Shown here: positions 38,253 to 50,724 of the stretch, piece after piece | Numbering within the stretch: the stretch's first letter is position 1 | Layout: every line of letters begins with the position of its first letter | Source of the DNA: Vermamoeba vermiformis | Lineage: Eukaryota | Assembly: GCA_045837725.1 (NCBI GenBank) | Contig: JBEWZL010000036.1 | Location: forward strand, 124,001-188,000 | Direction of reading: 5' to 3' | DNA: 64,000 bases | Position numbers and translations under genes: made by a program | Notes under the pieces: generated by a model | What the model was told of the DNA's origin: nothing | Seen by the model: the letters and a program-made list of their open reading frames with translations, nothing else | Databases searched by the model: none

Positions 38253-39455
38253 TTACAATTCTAAACCGACAGACACCCAATAATTTCTCAAATTATTTCG
38301 GCGTGCGAAAATTTCCATATATTTGCCACCAGGAACCATCTTTTCGATCAATTCATAAATCTCTTCGGGCTTTTGCGACTGACCTCTTCGTTCACTGAAA
38401 ATAACGTCGCTCGATCGTCTGGTGACTAAATCAGGCAAGTCATCGCCCTATAGACCTCAAGTTAGTATTGCGCGTACTGGCAGTTATTTTCCGAAAGAAT
38501 TTGGCCCAAAATAATTGGCTCAACAAAATTAGCTATAAGACGCACCTTCTTGCCAACAATACAGGTCTCTTTGGCATGTTGCAAGTAGAAGCCGTGACCT
38601 TTAGCCAATCTTCTATTAACAGTTGATTTGACCCAACTAATATCGTCAATAACCCTAAAAAAATGATTTGTAAGCGGATCTCGAATTTGAAATTTCTAAA
38701 AATTGACTTACTTGTAGCCCCATCGCTCCATCATCTCAACGGCGAAACTATATCGAGCGTTGATAACCCAAATAAACAAAAATCCTTTCTTCTGAAGCTT
38801 TGGAATGGGGATCTCTTCGATCGCCTTGTTGCCGAGTTGTTTGTAACCGATGGCAACACCACGAGTTGGCGCAGCACCGGCCAATTGCCATGGCGGGTCC
38901 ATAGTAATAACATCAAAGTTTCCTACTTCAGCAGCAAGTGCCTAATAATTTTAAATTTTTAGCGCCAAGTGCACGCGATCCAGTTTTCCATATTTTAGTA
39001 CTTACGTCCCAATCTAAATATCTAACGTCGCATCTGATGGGAATGCAATATGGTGGAATGGCAAATGTTTCTACTTCGTACTCCTCTGTGATAGAATTAT
39101 TCGAGTTAGATGCAACGGTAATTTACATAAAAAAATCCATATTTAATTTAATTAATGATCTACGCTATTATTTTAATATATAAATAATTATGTATGTAAT
39201 TTTAAATGAATATTTACCTCCGTTAATTAATGGCGCGACCTTTTTGTCGTCCAGCTCAGATTCGAGCTTTGTAATTTCAGAGCGCACTTCATCAATCATT
39301 TGTTTAATTTGCGCAGGGTCTGTGTCTGCTTCAACTTGAAAGCCCTCGTCATAAAGATGCGGTTTGAGCTCCACATCATCAATATTAACTTCACTGTCAG
39401 ATTCGATTTCTTCGACGTTCATGGCGTCATTATTTTTGTTTGTTTTATCGGCCAT
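38253..39455 (-). CDS. AMT1: MT-A70 family methyltransferase, AMT1/MTA1 (DNA N6-adenine) clade
   Basis: Catalytic DPPW in FDVITMDPPWQLAGAAPTRGVAIGY; GFLFIWVINA; WVKSTVNRRLAKGHGFYLQHAKETC; QSQKPEEIY; EIFARRNNLR. RGVAI and AKGHGFYLQHAKE are recalled hallmarks of ciliate MTA1 rather than METTL3. Confidence 0.85.
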
Positions 39456-39787
39456 ATTGATTGTGGTCGATAGTCGTTGGTCAGGAACACGAACTAATCA
39501 ACTGAAAATTTAAAAATTGGTTTGGTTCGGCACGATTTTTGGCGGCAAAATTATTTTTGGACTTATTTATTATACTTCTAGATTGAAACGGTGCAGCAAG
39601 AAAAAAATGTCATTTCTAATTAATCGGGTAAGATTATTATAATAGTGCCACCTTTTCAGGACTCGGATCGAACCTGCTTCCAAATTGCTTGAATTAATTC
39701 TTGCGCACCACTCTATTTCAATTTGAGTATATATTACTGCATTATATGGATAATTCGCATTTATTTAAAACAACAAAAAGACCTCGC

Positions 39788-42142
39788 TTAAAATTTCTTA
39801 GGCGGACCCATTCTTTTCGGAGCAGGAGGCTTGTACGGCGCTTTCAACTTGGCAACGTACAATGAATTCGAGGAACTAGGCGCTACGTCTTCATCGTCGT
39901 CATCTTCCTCAGCAGCCTTCTTGGCTCTCTTTGATTTTTTGTAAATGAGATCGCATCCAACTTGTTGGAAGTGTAACTTCATTCTAAACAAAGATAATCG
40001 ATTAGGATAGTGAACAATTATATGGAATATGATAGTATCATTCGTATTTGATTAAATAAGGGGTCAGATCCTTTTTAAAATCAACGTTTTTTCATACTAC
40101 GCAGATAAGGTTGAAAAGGATTATTTGTAACATCATGTTATACTTATTTAATCAGTATAGTCTATTATATACGCTCTATAGATGATATACGTACTGTTTT
40201 TGAGTCATGCCAATGTCGTCGGCAATCAAATGCACATCCGTTTCAAAGTTGCAGGCGATCAGGGCCAAGACACAAGCGTAGTTGATTAGCTTCAAGCGAA
40301 GAGGTTTAGTCTTTTCGTAACTAATAATATAATTGTTAACATCACGCTATTGAGTTATATGTAAGCGAATATAAAGGTAAATTTTGTACTGCTACAAAAA
40401 GATCTACTTTTAGGACTATAATATTGATAATCTACCATAATAAAAATCGTATAATAACATCGCTATGAATATATACGTACTTTAACTTCTCAACAGACTT
40501 GATCTGGGCAAACTTTTCGACCATCCGCGAGTAAAGTACGCCAGGCAACATTTTCATCTTGGCTGGAGGCACGTCTTTAGGCAAGAAGTTGCCCATAAAT
40601 TTGTGGAACCTCAGCAAGTAATTCAAGTACTGAAGAGCTGCTACTGAGCGTTCTTTTCTAGCTTTCTGGGCTGCATCTGCGGAATCCAACTTCTCGAGCT
40701 CTCTCAGCCTGTTAACCACGAATGAAGAGTACCAGCTAACATTAATTAATATTAGTACTCACTAGATGTAACTATATTCTAATAAGCAATAAAAAGTATT
40801 CGGATTAAAGTCGGATCCGTTACACGTAATTATAACCCATTTGTAAGCTCCTGCAGCCTATTCATATGATGTACTTACTTATCTTCGTGCTCGTTACTCT
40901 TCTTTTTGTTGTCTCCCTCTTCTTTAACGGGCGAGGCAGGCACTGTACTTCGTTTCTTCAACGCATCCGCAACAAAGCCTTTATTGCTCTTCAAAAAGTT
41001 CATTTCGTCCATAGAAATAACTAATTAAAGCATAGATTAAGGAATAATACTATTTGAACTGCTAGGAATAAAAAGAATAATTCCAGTACGTGGATCTCGT
41101 TCGATAAAAATAAAAGCTGGCTAAGCAAGCATTATTAAGATATAAATTTGTAAGATATTAGCTTCATATATAGTAAGAATAATAAGGATACTGTTATTAA
41201 TGTCGAAGATCTTGGCTGGTTTGGTGGCCTCGGGATCGTAAGGCGGAATATTCTCGACAACAGGTGTAGCAGTAGTGTCCTCGCCTTCAGTACGGTTCTC
41301 GTCGTCTTTTTTAATCTTATCAGCGATTAAATCCGCTGCAACTTGATCCACATCCATCGCACTCGTAGGATCGATTTTGTTTGACATTAGCTGGCGGATA
41401 GTAGTTCTTGTGCGCTTAGTGCCGAATGCATCGACCAATATCTTACGTTTTTCTAAGTAAGATAGGTCCTTATACATGTTGTCTACTGTAACTTTTGTTT
41501 CGAGGCCCTTGATGTGCTGATCCATCTTGAAAATGTGCGGCGATTCGACCAATTTAAGCGTCTTAGTCTTCTTATCAAATACACCGATCATATACCTATA
41601 TTAGATATTAATAACACTGCTAATTAAATTCGAATTGTTTTGACTTACTTTGAGAGATCTGTTTTTTGCGAATCTGCTCCAAAATTTGAAGCGCTATATA
41701 TTACTTTGTTAGTCTCTGCTGCTAGCTGTTTGTGCCACAGGAGAGGGGCCTCTTTTGTTTCGCGCTTTAAGCAGACCCATTGCAAACCTCCTTCCTCTTC
41801 GCTTCCGTTGTTTAATACATAAGGAGGTGGTGGACCGTGAGGAAATGACGCTAATGATGTTAAATATGATTAATATTAATGGCATTATAAATATTTTTGT
41901 TGATTGATATTTTGAGCAGCGCGATCCGGATTTTGAAATAAGATCCAACTTTTGTAAACTCGAGTGAAAATTAAATACGCACCTATAAATGGACCACAAT
42001 CTTTATCAGTAGTCTCTACATATTCCAATTTAATTTTTTTCAATTTTTGGCCGTCATCTGAACCGTTCTGATGCGATTCAACGGTTTCGGATGTCGACAT
42101 GGCGTCAGACTTCCTCTTTTTGGATTTCTTATGATCGCTCAT
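39788..42142 (-). CDS. RPA49: RNA polymerase I subunit A49/PAF53-like
   Basis: YMIGVFDKKTKTLKL, LVDAFGTKR, IPPYD..ATKP..IF, KLINYACVLAL, FQQVGC, YVAKLKAP. Confidence 0.82.
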
Positions 42143-42289
42143 TGTATAATGTTACAGTGGCCTATAATATAAATAGCTGCGTGGTCCACCGTAGAATCGT
42201 GAGATCGACAAAAAATAAAAAAATTGAATTTATTATTTCTGTTTATTCTCTCAACTGCTCACCATACGTGTATATATACCCCATATATA

Positions 42290-45217
42290 ATGAGTGCAAA
42301 GAAGAAGTTTGGATCGCCTCCTTCAGGCAAAAAAGCTGCAAAATTCAGCGATCCGATCCAAGATGACGGAAACAGCGTTATTACTGGCAAATCACTTGCT
42401 GCTAAAATTGCTGAATTATCAAACCCTTCACCTAGAGGTATGACATATATTTATTGAATTATAACGAACAGTTAGAAATAATTCGCACGATCCGATCCAA
42501 AGTCTATCAAAATAATAACGCCCAATAACACGATTATACCATGCATTATTAATACGTATCGCATTCTATAAGCGTAAATGATTTTTTCAATTTATTTTGA
42601 GCGATCTGACTAACACGATCGCAGATTTCGATCCCGAAGCACCGACAGACTGGGACAGCTTGCGATTAGAACGATTTGATGTCGAAGAAGGACCCTCAAG
42701 CAAGAAGTAAGTCATTATTACACTGCCTAATTACGTATCTAACCCTTTTTCAGATTTCAAAAAGCTCCTACAAAAGCCGCAATGAAAGCTGAGCCTATTA
42801 TGGGCGAGAAATATAGAGGCAAGAAAGTTAGTCGCAAGGAACTCGAGCAAGATGTAAGTAATAACTATTCACAGCGTTACAGTCGAATTTTTTTGTCGCG
42901 TACTGGATCTAATTCGGATTTAGGACTTCTCTGCTGAAGAAGACGTCATGAGCGAGGGTGATGGTAGTGATGATGGTGAATTCGATGAAGATGGTGATGG
43001 CGGCGATGACTTTGACGTTGTTCTCGATGAAAGTTCAGATGAGGAAGAAGACGACGGAGATCTTGAAGACAAATTCGATTTTGAAGGCGAAGAAGACGAC
43101 GAGTATACTGTAAGCATATAATACGCTAATATGATTATAACGACGTATTAATATCACTCGTAGAGCGGCAATGTCGTTTCAACTTTGAAATCTGTTGAAG
43201 AGGCTTTGAAATTACAAAAACAACTCGAAGAAGAAGAGGAAGAGGATGAGAAGTATGTAGTATAGCAATACCATATATTTTGATGCATAATACTCAAATT
43301 CATGCTATTTATAGGACTCAAATTAAAGCTCTTGCTCGCGATGCTACAGAAGAGTTAAATAAGGCTATGCAAACTAAGAATCAACGTGTAAGTATAATAA
43401 TGTTCATTAATATTATAATGTTATTGATATTAATTGGCTTTCATGTTAGGTTTTATGGGATAACTTGTTGGATGTACGCATGCGCATCCAAAAACTGCTT
43501 ACAAGCACCAACAAACTGCCCCAATACGATGTGTACCCTGAATTCGTTGCTAATATCAAATCTCATGCTGAAGATGAAGACAAGAACCTCTTGAAGAAGA
43601 CAATGGAGAACATTAATGGACTGCTTGGAGATCTGACCAGCTTGAGCAATGTAAGTATAGGATCATAATATTATCGCCATCATACTTGAGAGCAATATAT
43701 GCTATATTTGTACAAAAATTCGCCGTTTTAGCTTTGTTTTTGAGATCGCGTACTGACTTTTGGATGTGCTTAGAATTTGAGACTGCAACACCCTGACCTG
43801 CAATCAGCAGCTTCACCGATGGAAGAAAGTAATGAAGAGCCCTCAGACAATGGCGACGAAGACAACGACAAGCCTAAGCGCGGTGTTAAGCGAAAACGAG
43901 ATGTGGATGAGTGGTGGGAAGAAATTGACCGCAGTTACAAGAAGTAAGTTGATTATATTGCATATTATGCATATATTTCCACTACTATCGTATTGGGACC
44001 ACATTTCCAAGCACACAAATCTTTTCTTTTCCTTTTTTAGAATTATCAGCGAGAAATTTGTACTTGGATCTGTTTCGTGATTCAATATCGCAAAATAGCT
44101 ATATTATAGTGCCCATATTAACAACATGCTATTAGATTCGCTCCCTATCAAAATGAGGTCATTGAAATGTGGCACTCAAAAACGATGATTCAATCCGGCG
44201 TCAATGTCAACAAACTGAAGAATTTGAATCAGGCAAGTAGTTGATATGCATATATGTATCGTATATATACTAATCTTCCATATAATACCATTACAGAGCG
44301 CAGTTAAACAAACAGAAAATATTCTCAAAGCTAATAAAGAAAAAGTCGTTAAGAAGACGCAATTGAAGCGAGAAGACTATAATATTCTTGGAAAGGTATG
44401 TTATAGACCTATATTAACACAATGCTATTACTCATAATTAATTTGAACTATTGCCAAATCATTAAAAATTTTAACGGGATCTCGGCCCGAGACTCGCTGT
44501 AACAAGCGTGTTATAGCGATCAATCATGTCAATTAATATCATTACCTTTATAATATCGGTCTCTCGGATATAAATAGCGCGGCCCATCGTATTAACTGAT
44601 TTTACTTGGTTTTTTGTGCATCCGGTACTAAACTTGTTTCTATGCAGATTACCAAGACAAATAAGCCTGAGAATAAGGAAGTTGTGCTTGGTGATGATGG
44701 AGAGCCTATTATCAACACTGAAAAGCAGCGCAGTGTTCACGCTGAAGATTATGATCCCGAGATCTTCGACGACGGAGACTTTTATCAAATGCTCTTGAAG
44801 GAGTTAATAGAATCAGGCATGAATGATGTTCAAGGTAAGCTATATGCGCATATTTGCTATCGTTTAATAACTATTTGGATCCCGCTCTTTTTTTTCGAGC
44901 TTTACACGACGAATGCGCAGCTTCCATATCAATAATACTAATACTACCGTGTTATTATAGATCCATATGAACTTACTAGGAGGTACTTGATGTTAAACAA
45001 GCTACGCAAGAAGCGACACAGAAATGTGGATCGACGCGCCACAAAAGGTCGCAAGATCAAGTACGTTGTGCACGACAAGCTCGTTAATTACATGGCCCCT
45101 GATACTGGAAGATATCCTATGCTCACTTCACCGACTGTGGGTCAGCTCTTCAGATCTCTCTTCGGTCAAAAGGCGACAATGAATATGACCTCGAACAACA
45201 ATGACGATGACGATTAA
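42290..45217 (+). CDS. AATF: AATF/Bfr2 ribosome-biogenesis protein
   Basis: YRGKKVSRK, acidic tract, WDNLLDVRMRIQK..NKLP, EIFDDGDFYQMLLKELI, VDRRATKGRKIKYVVHDKLVNYMAP. Confidence 0.92.
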
Positions 45218-45557
45218 GACTCGTATTATTGTTAATATTATACTATGATGTAGTGTTGTTACTGTAGTATAAGGTGCTTAATAACACTGCTCGTAATAAA
45301 CACAGAACCAGTCAAAACGACTTATGCACATCCTTTTCACTCAAATGAGAAAATTTATACCTACTACTTCTTATAGTCACACAATCCTATACATAGTACT
45401 AGTCCGAATTGGAGGACCTATATTTGCTTGCCCGTTGATCGCAGTACGTAATATGAGGGAGTACAATTAAGTACTTTCAAAGTTCCGCACCACGATTGTA
45501 CGAGGACACGAACACAGTGAATGCAATGAATGGTATTTATGTACAGGTTAGTTCACA

Positions 45558-47624
45558 TCAGTGTTGATGCGTAGCGTCACTGTGACTCTGTCGCGGAGGT
45601 TTGACGAACCCAAACTCTTCGCGCAGTTCAGCGACAGGGCGGTCCAAAATCTTCTCGTAGTACACGTTCATTAAGAACACACAGCTCTTGCTGCACTCTA
45701 CGGCCCACGGCAAATAGACCCTAGTCAATATCGATTGCTCTTTCAAACTCAATTTGAACGGGAACGCCAGTGTGCTTAATGCTGCCATAGGCAACCCTAT
45801 TAATATGCATTAGTATATTAGTATTAGCGGCTTGAAGTGCGCCAATCACATGGTCAAAAATGCAACACGTGATGCAATAAAATGTTTCACGAACACGAGT
45901 GCCTATTGTATTGATTATATGTCACGTATTTAACATAGTCGTACCTGTTTGCATGAATTCGAACCATTTTAATGCAATTTCGCCAAACACATCCGTTTCA
46001 AGTCCTGACAACACGTGCCAAAAGTCGTGCACTTGTCGGTAGCGCGTCATGACATAGGCCAGTTCAGGGTCATCAATGAACCGCACTGAGGGCCTATTAA
46101 TAGTAATAGAAATGAGGTTAGTATGTGAGTTAACGTGACGCACTAAATTAAGCAGTGCTAATTATAGTCAAGTTTGTACTTGGATTAGTCAATCGCGATG
46201 AGTGATAATCTGGTGATATAAATAGCGGCTATTAAAAGTCGTAGTATTGCTCCGAATCAATTTAATGAATTTCGTGTTGCTAATCATGAAAAGATTCTCG
46301 CACATTGCGCAATCGCGCGAACAAAAAAATCACTGAAAAATTGAAACAAAAAAAAACAAATATTTGCAACGAATTTCTGCAATTTCTTTCACAGATCATA
46401 ATCAAATGCAGTGTAATTGACGAGTAAAGCAAAAATAGCATTTTGACGGATCAGGTGACACGTGTCGAAATTCCATCGATGGTCACCGTTCTTGAAACTA
46501 AGGACGCCATATATAGTAACATTACCGATTATCAGAGCCAAATCCATGCGTGCTCATAAACTCGGCGTATTCCCGGCCCAAAGTACCCGCTGGATATTGC
46601 AACAATTTATCCAAAGGAAGTGTGTCCGGCGTGATTTGTGGCTATTTTTAGAACCGCATTAGTTTCAGTCCGGATGTGAAAAGAACAATGAAATAATGCT
46701 ATGTATAAGTAAAAGATTTAAATACTAGCACTACAGACTTCTATCTTTAGAAAGAATTCAGATCCAGCATCATAATCAGTTTTACGAAGTAATTTCAATG
46801 GATTGGATCAAATTAACACGGAAATAGCAGAGAATATTAAGTAGTGCGTAACAATTTGTTTAGCGGAATTATTAATAAGATTCTAATAGATTTATACAAA
46901 CTTATTTGGTAACTCACTTTTTCCGCCAAGATCTGACGACCAACAGGGTGGTCCAACATCTTCTCGTGCAGATGGCGCAGTGCTAGTGGCCCGGTAGTCT
47001 CGCCTAGTCAATCGAAAGTGAGCTGCTATATTTAGCAACATAACTTAACCGGATGTGGCATACCGATTGTTTCAGACTGTTACATACCCAATGCAGCGAC
47101 CATATCGGTGCGAAGAGGATTATACAATGATACTAGTGCCGATCCTATTGCTAATAGACCCTTTTGAATGGTCGAGGTGGGTACGTGACCCGGATACAGC
47201 GGCTTGTTGTACGATCGAGTGGATTTGGCTTGAGTGTCTTGAAACGTTTGAGATGACGTAGAATCTACGCCTACAATATTTATAAAGTCAATTTTGTGTG
47301 TTATTTTGGGAAACAAGGCAACACAAAGCTCGTGTAACGTCAAATTTGCAATTAAATTCAATTTGAAAAAAAATTGATTTAAAAATTAGAAGAAATTAGA
47401 TTAACGATCATGTGTCATACATCAATAATAGGTACGTTAGAGAAAATTATTGGCGTAAAATTACCTTTATTTAAGTTCGCTGAAGTCGAATATTGTTTGT
47501 AAAAGATCTGATTGCTGCATCCAGTTTGAGCTACATGCTTCTTTGATTTACACGATGCCAATACATTTTTTACACGTGGTCTATTAACAACCCGTGATAT
47601 GGATCGGATCAGTTGTGACTGCAT
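45558..47624 (-). CDS. COQ4: Ubiquinone biosynthesis protein COQ4, mitochondrial
   Basis: [63 protein letters not shown]. Confidence 0.93.
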
Positions 47625-47681
47625 CGTTCTACAGAAAAATAAAATAATCATTCGCTAACTCAGATCTTATCAAAACACAAC

Positions 47682-48612
47682 ATGAAATATATTATTGAAT
47701 CAGTAGCATACGAAAAGATAATATTACACGCATTTAAGTACCCATCACAATCAGTCACTGGTGTATTATTGGGTAAAAAAGATGATGACGAAAAAGTGAA
47801 ACTCATTACAGATGCGATTCCTTTATTCCACGGCAATGTTCTCGCACCTATGTTAGAATTGGCTATGATGCAGGTAATTTATAAGCCATACAGAATTTAT
47901 TGGATATTTTTTGATATTATTTTAAAATAAATTTTTGTCATACCATTATCTTGCTCAATCGTTCACCGACGCCTATTAACTTATTGGAAATTAATTATTT
48001 TGCCACTATATTTTGATTATGAAAGAATCCACTTTCCAAGCAAGTTTTTTAATCTGTCACATTGATCTGATCTCCGCACGCTAACACATTTTAACAATAC
48101 TAGATCGATGAATATGCCGCCAAAGAATCTCTTTATATTGTTGGATGTTATACAGCGCCAGAGCTATTAACTCAACGCTCGTTGGATGCAGTCACGATCC
48201 AGATCGGCGACAAAATCCACAATTACTTCCCTAGCGCTTGTATATTATTGGTATGTCCATAATAATGTCTAATATACCTCTTTTTCGCCTTGCAAAGATT
48301 TAACACCTGTTTTAGGTTGACAATGCAAAGCTCGGACTTCCATTGAGTGAAAATGCCCTACACGTAAGAAAATTTGAACGATAAATCTGTAATTACGTCT
48401 TATTAATTAAAGACAATTTACTATAGATCTGCACTAAAGAAGGAACGTCTTGGAAACAATCGAAACAAGAGTTGGATGTAGCAGGCGAAGAAAAAATGTT
48501 TAAAGAACTGAACCAGTACATTACGCAAGGCAAGCACCATCATTTAGTTGATTTTTCAAATCATTTGGACGATATTACGCTCGATTGGTGTAACAAGAAG
48601 CTCTTGCAGTAA
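47682..48612 (+). CDS. EMC8: ER membrane protein complex subunit 8/9 (MPN-like)
   Basis: AYEKIILHAFKYPSQSVTGVLLG..DAIPLFH..LAPMLELAM; LVDFSNHLDDITLDWCN. Confidence 0.88.
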
Positions 48613-49005
48613 ATCTAGTTTTGTGCAGCAGATTTGCCTTACAAAAAATACTGGGAATGTCAGCGTATTTACGATTTTATTGAATTGTCTATATTTGATA
48701 GCGATCGGAAGCCTCCTGTTTAGTTTCCAGATCTAGAATTTCGTGTGATAGAAATGACATCCAGCCTTAAAAGGCTTTACGAACAAACTCGAAGTCTCAC
48801 AAATGACGTATGCGCATACGTACCCTTTACATAACGCTAAGTAATATTTAATATTGAGAGATTGTAATTAATTTAGAAAACTGAACGATTTTCGTTTGTG
48901 GATCGCGCCGAATAGTTACGCCGAGTCCAAATTAACTGTAATATTGCGACATCAATTAAAATCATTGCAATATTTACATTTAATACATTATGTACAAATA
49001 CGGAG

Positions 49006-49726
49006 CTATATCTCTTTGTAGATCAGCTCGTACTTTGGGATGTGCTCGTGCGGGATGGGGCTGTTGACAATAAACTTGCCTCTATTAGCACCTTTATAAA
49101 TAATTTCGATAAGATCGATAAAATCTTGCTTGTCGAAGAAGCTGCCGATGAATTTTGTGTGATCTGGCGTGCACCTATTATTAAATCCAAAAACAGTCAA
49201 CTGTCATTCTAAAGCGCAAAGGACCGATCCGGATCCAAATAAAGACATCGCACTTACCCGTAGTCTACTTTCATGTGTTGCGCGTTGAAGAAGAATATTG
49301 TGGCGGGAAGTAGCGTAATATCAAAATAAGCGACGTAAACTGGCACCTTGTCTGCATCCACCAAATAGATCTCGGCCATTTTCTCAAGTTTCCGTTGACA
49401 TTTGTGTAACTAAAATTTATGGTAAGGTTAGAATAGGAATTGGGTTCGATACAAAGCCACACATAATTTTTCATTCATTTTCAGATTTGAATTTTCTCTT
49501 CCACAGCAAGTTTCGGTAAAGAACTGAAAATTAACTAATTACACCGACTCTAAAATTAGATTAAATTGGTATTGAATATACGACTAACACTTACAATGTC
49601 ATCCAGCTTCATCGTTTCGGGATCCTCCTCACGTCCAAATCTTAGGACAAGAACTTTATCAAGTGTGTTCTTGATCACATGATCTACTTCCTTTTTCGAC
49701 GTCAAGGTTTGCATAAAGTACGCCAT
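49006..49726 (-). CDS. TXNL4B: Thioredoxin-like protein 4B (Dim2)
   Basis: [70 protein letters not shown]. Confidence 0.88.
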
Positions 49727-50724
49727 GGCTCATGTGGTAGCACGAGCTTGCGTGTAAGGACATCTGACCTAAATTTCAGCCTCATGAACGAAAGAATTTT
49801 TTTCGTGAACTAGTGAGCGATAAAGATATGTGCGCCCGCTAGTCTATATTCAGAAGACCACATAGCATCTTAAATTAATAAGAAGTAAGCAAAATGAACA
49901 GAATTTGTCGTTTTAGTAACCTCCATCCGAGACTTTTGCGGTGATTTGCCGAAAGCCGGGCATCGATATGCGATCTATTTAGGGATACGTAATCGGTTGC
50001 ATCTGACGTAAGATTAAGCGGGATGTTGCTTCTTCAGGGTTGTTTTCGATTTTTCCAAATATAGAAACTTAATGTTTTATTTTGGCGAATCAACGGAATG
50101 AGCCTGAATATCTTTTGTCATGTAGGTCTTTATCACGCCCGAGAGGACGACACTACAGTGCTATTAAGCGGAACTTTAGCGGCAAAAGTATCTAATTCAG
50201 GCGAAAGAATACTAATTAAAAATAGGTTCGGAATAATAGTCAAAAAAGAAATTCTGTAATGCAGCAGAATGGATAAAGTCAAGTTAGTAATTAAAAAAGG
50301 GTGATTGAGTTGTTATGATTGTTCCGCCGCGTGGTTCCGGGTTCGGATCTAAGCGCGTAACGGTAATTTAGCTCGCGCGGGAAATTTGAGGCTGAAAAAA
50401 CCTTTTTTAATCTTTTTTTTTTCATTTTCTGTGCGCGTTTAAAGGAAGAGACAACAGAGCAACTAATAAACGAGGCGTCCAAGGCACTAGAAATCACAAG
50501 CCTAAGCCACGACTCTTTTTGAAAAGAGAAACGGGCCCAAAAAATCAATAAACTCGCAAGACAGCAATATCAATCCCTTGCAACGCTCTACTGATTCAAG
50601 GCCACCTAGCGCAACAATATTTTTTTGGGTTTTATTTATTTTTTTCGACCTTTTTTCCTTTAGCGGATGCAAAAGCTCGAAACAAAAACCCACCAACAAC
50701 ATCAATGATTCAACCATGAAATAG

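Noticed and set aside
39640-39715. GGTTCGATCC (B-box/T-loop-like) on the minus strand suggesting a tRNA
   Set aside because: No acceptor stem, D-arm or anticodon arm can be folded around it.
46660-46775. Possible C/D snoRNA in a COQ4 intron (ATGATGC...CTGA, minus strand)
   Set aside because: Imperfect C box, no terminal stem and no recognisable rRNA guide.
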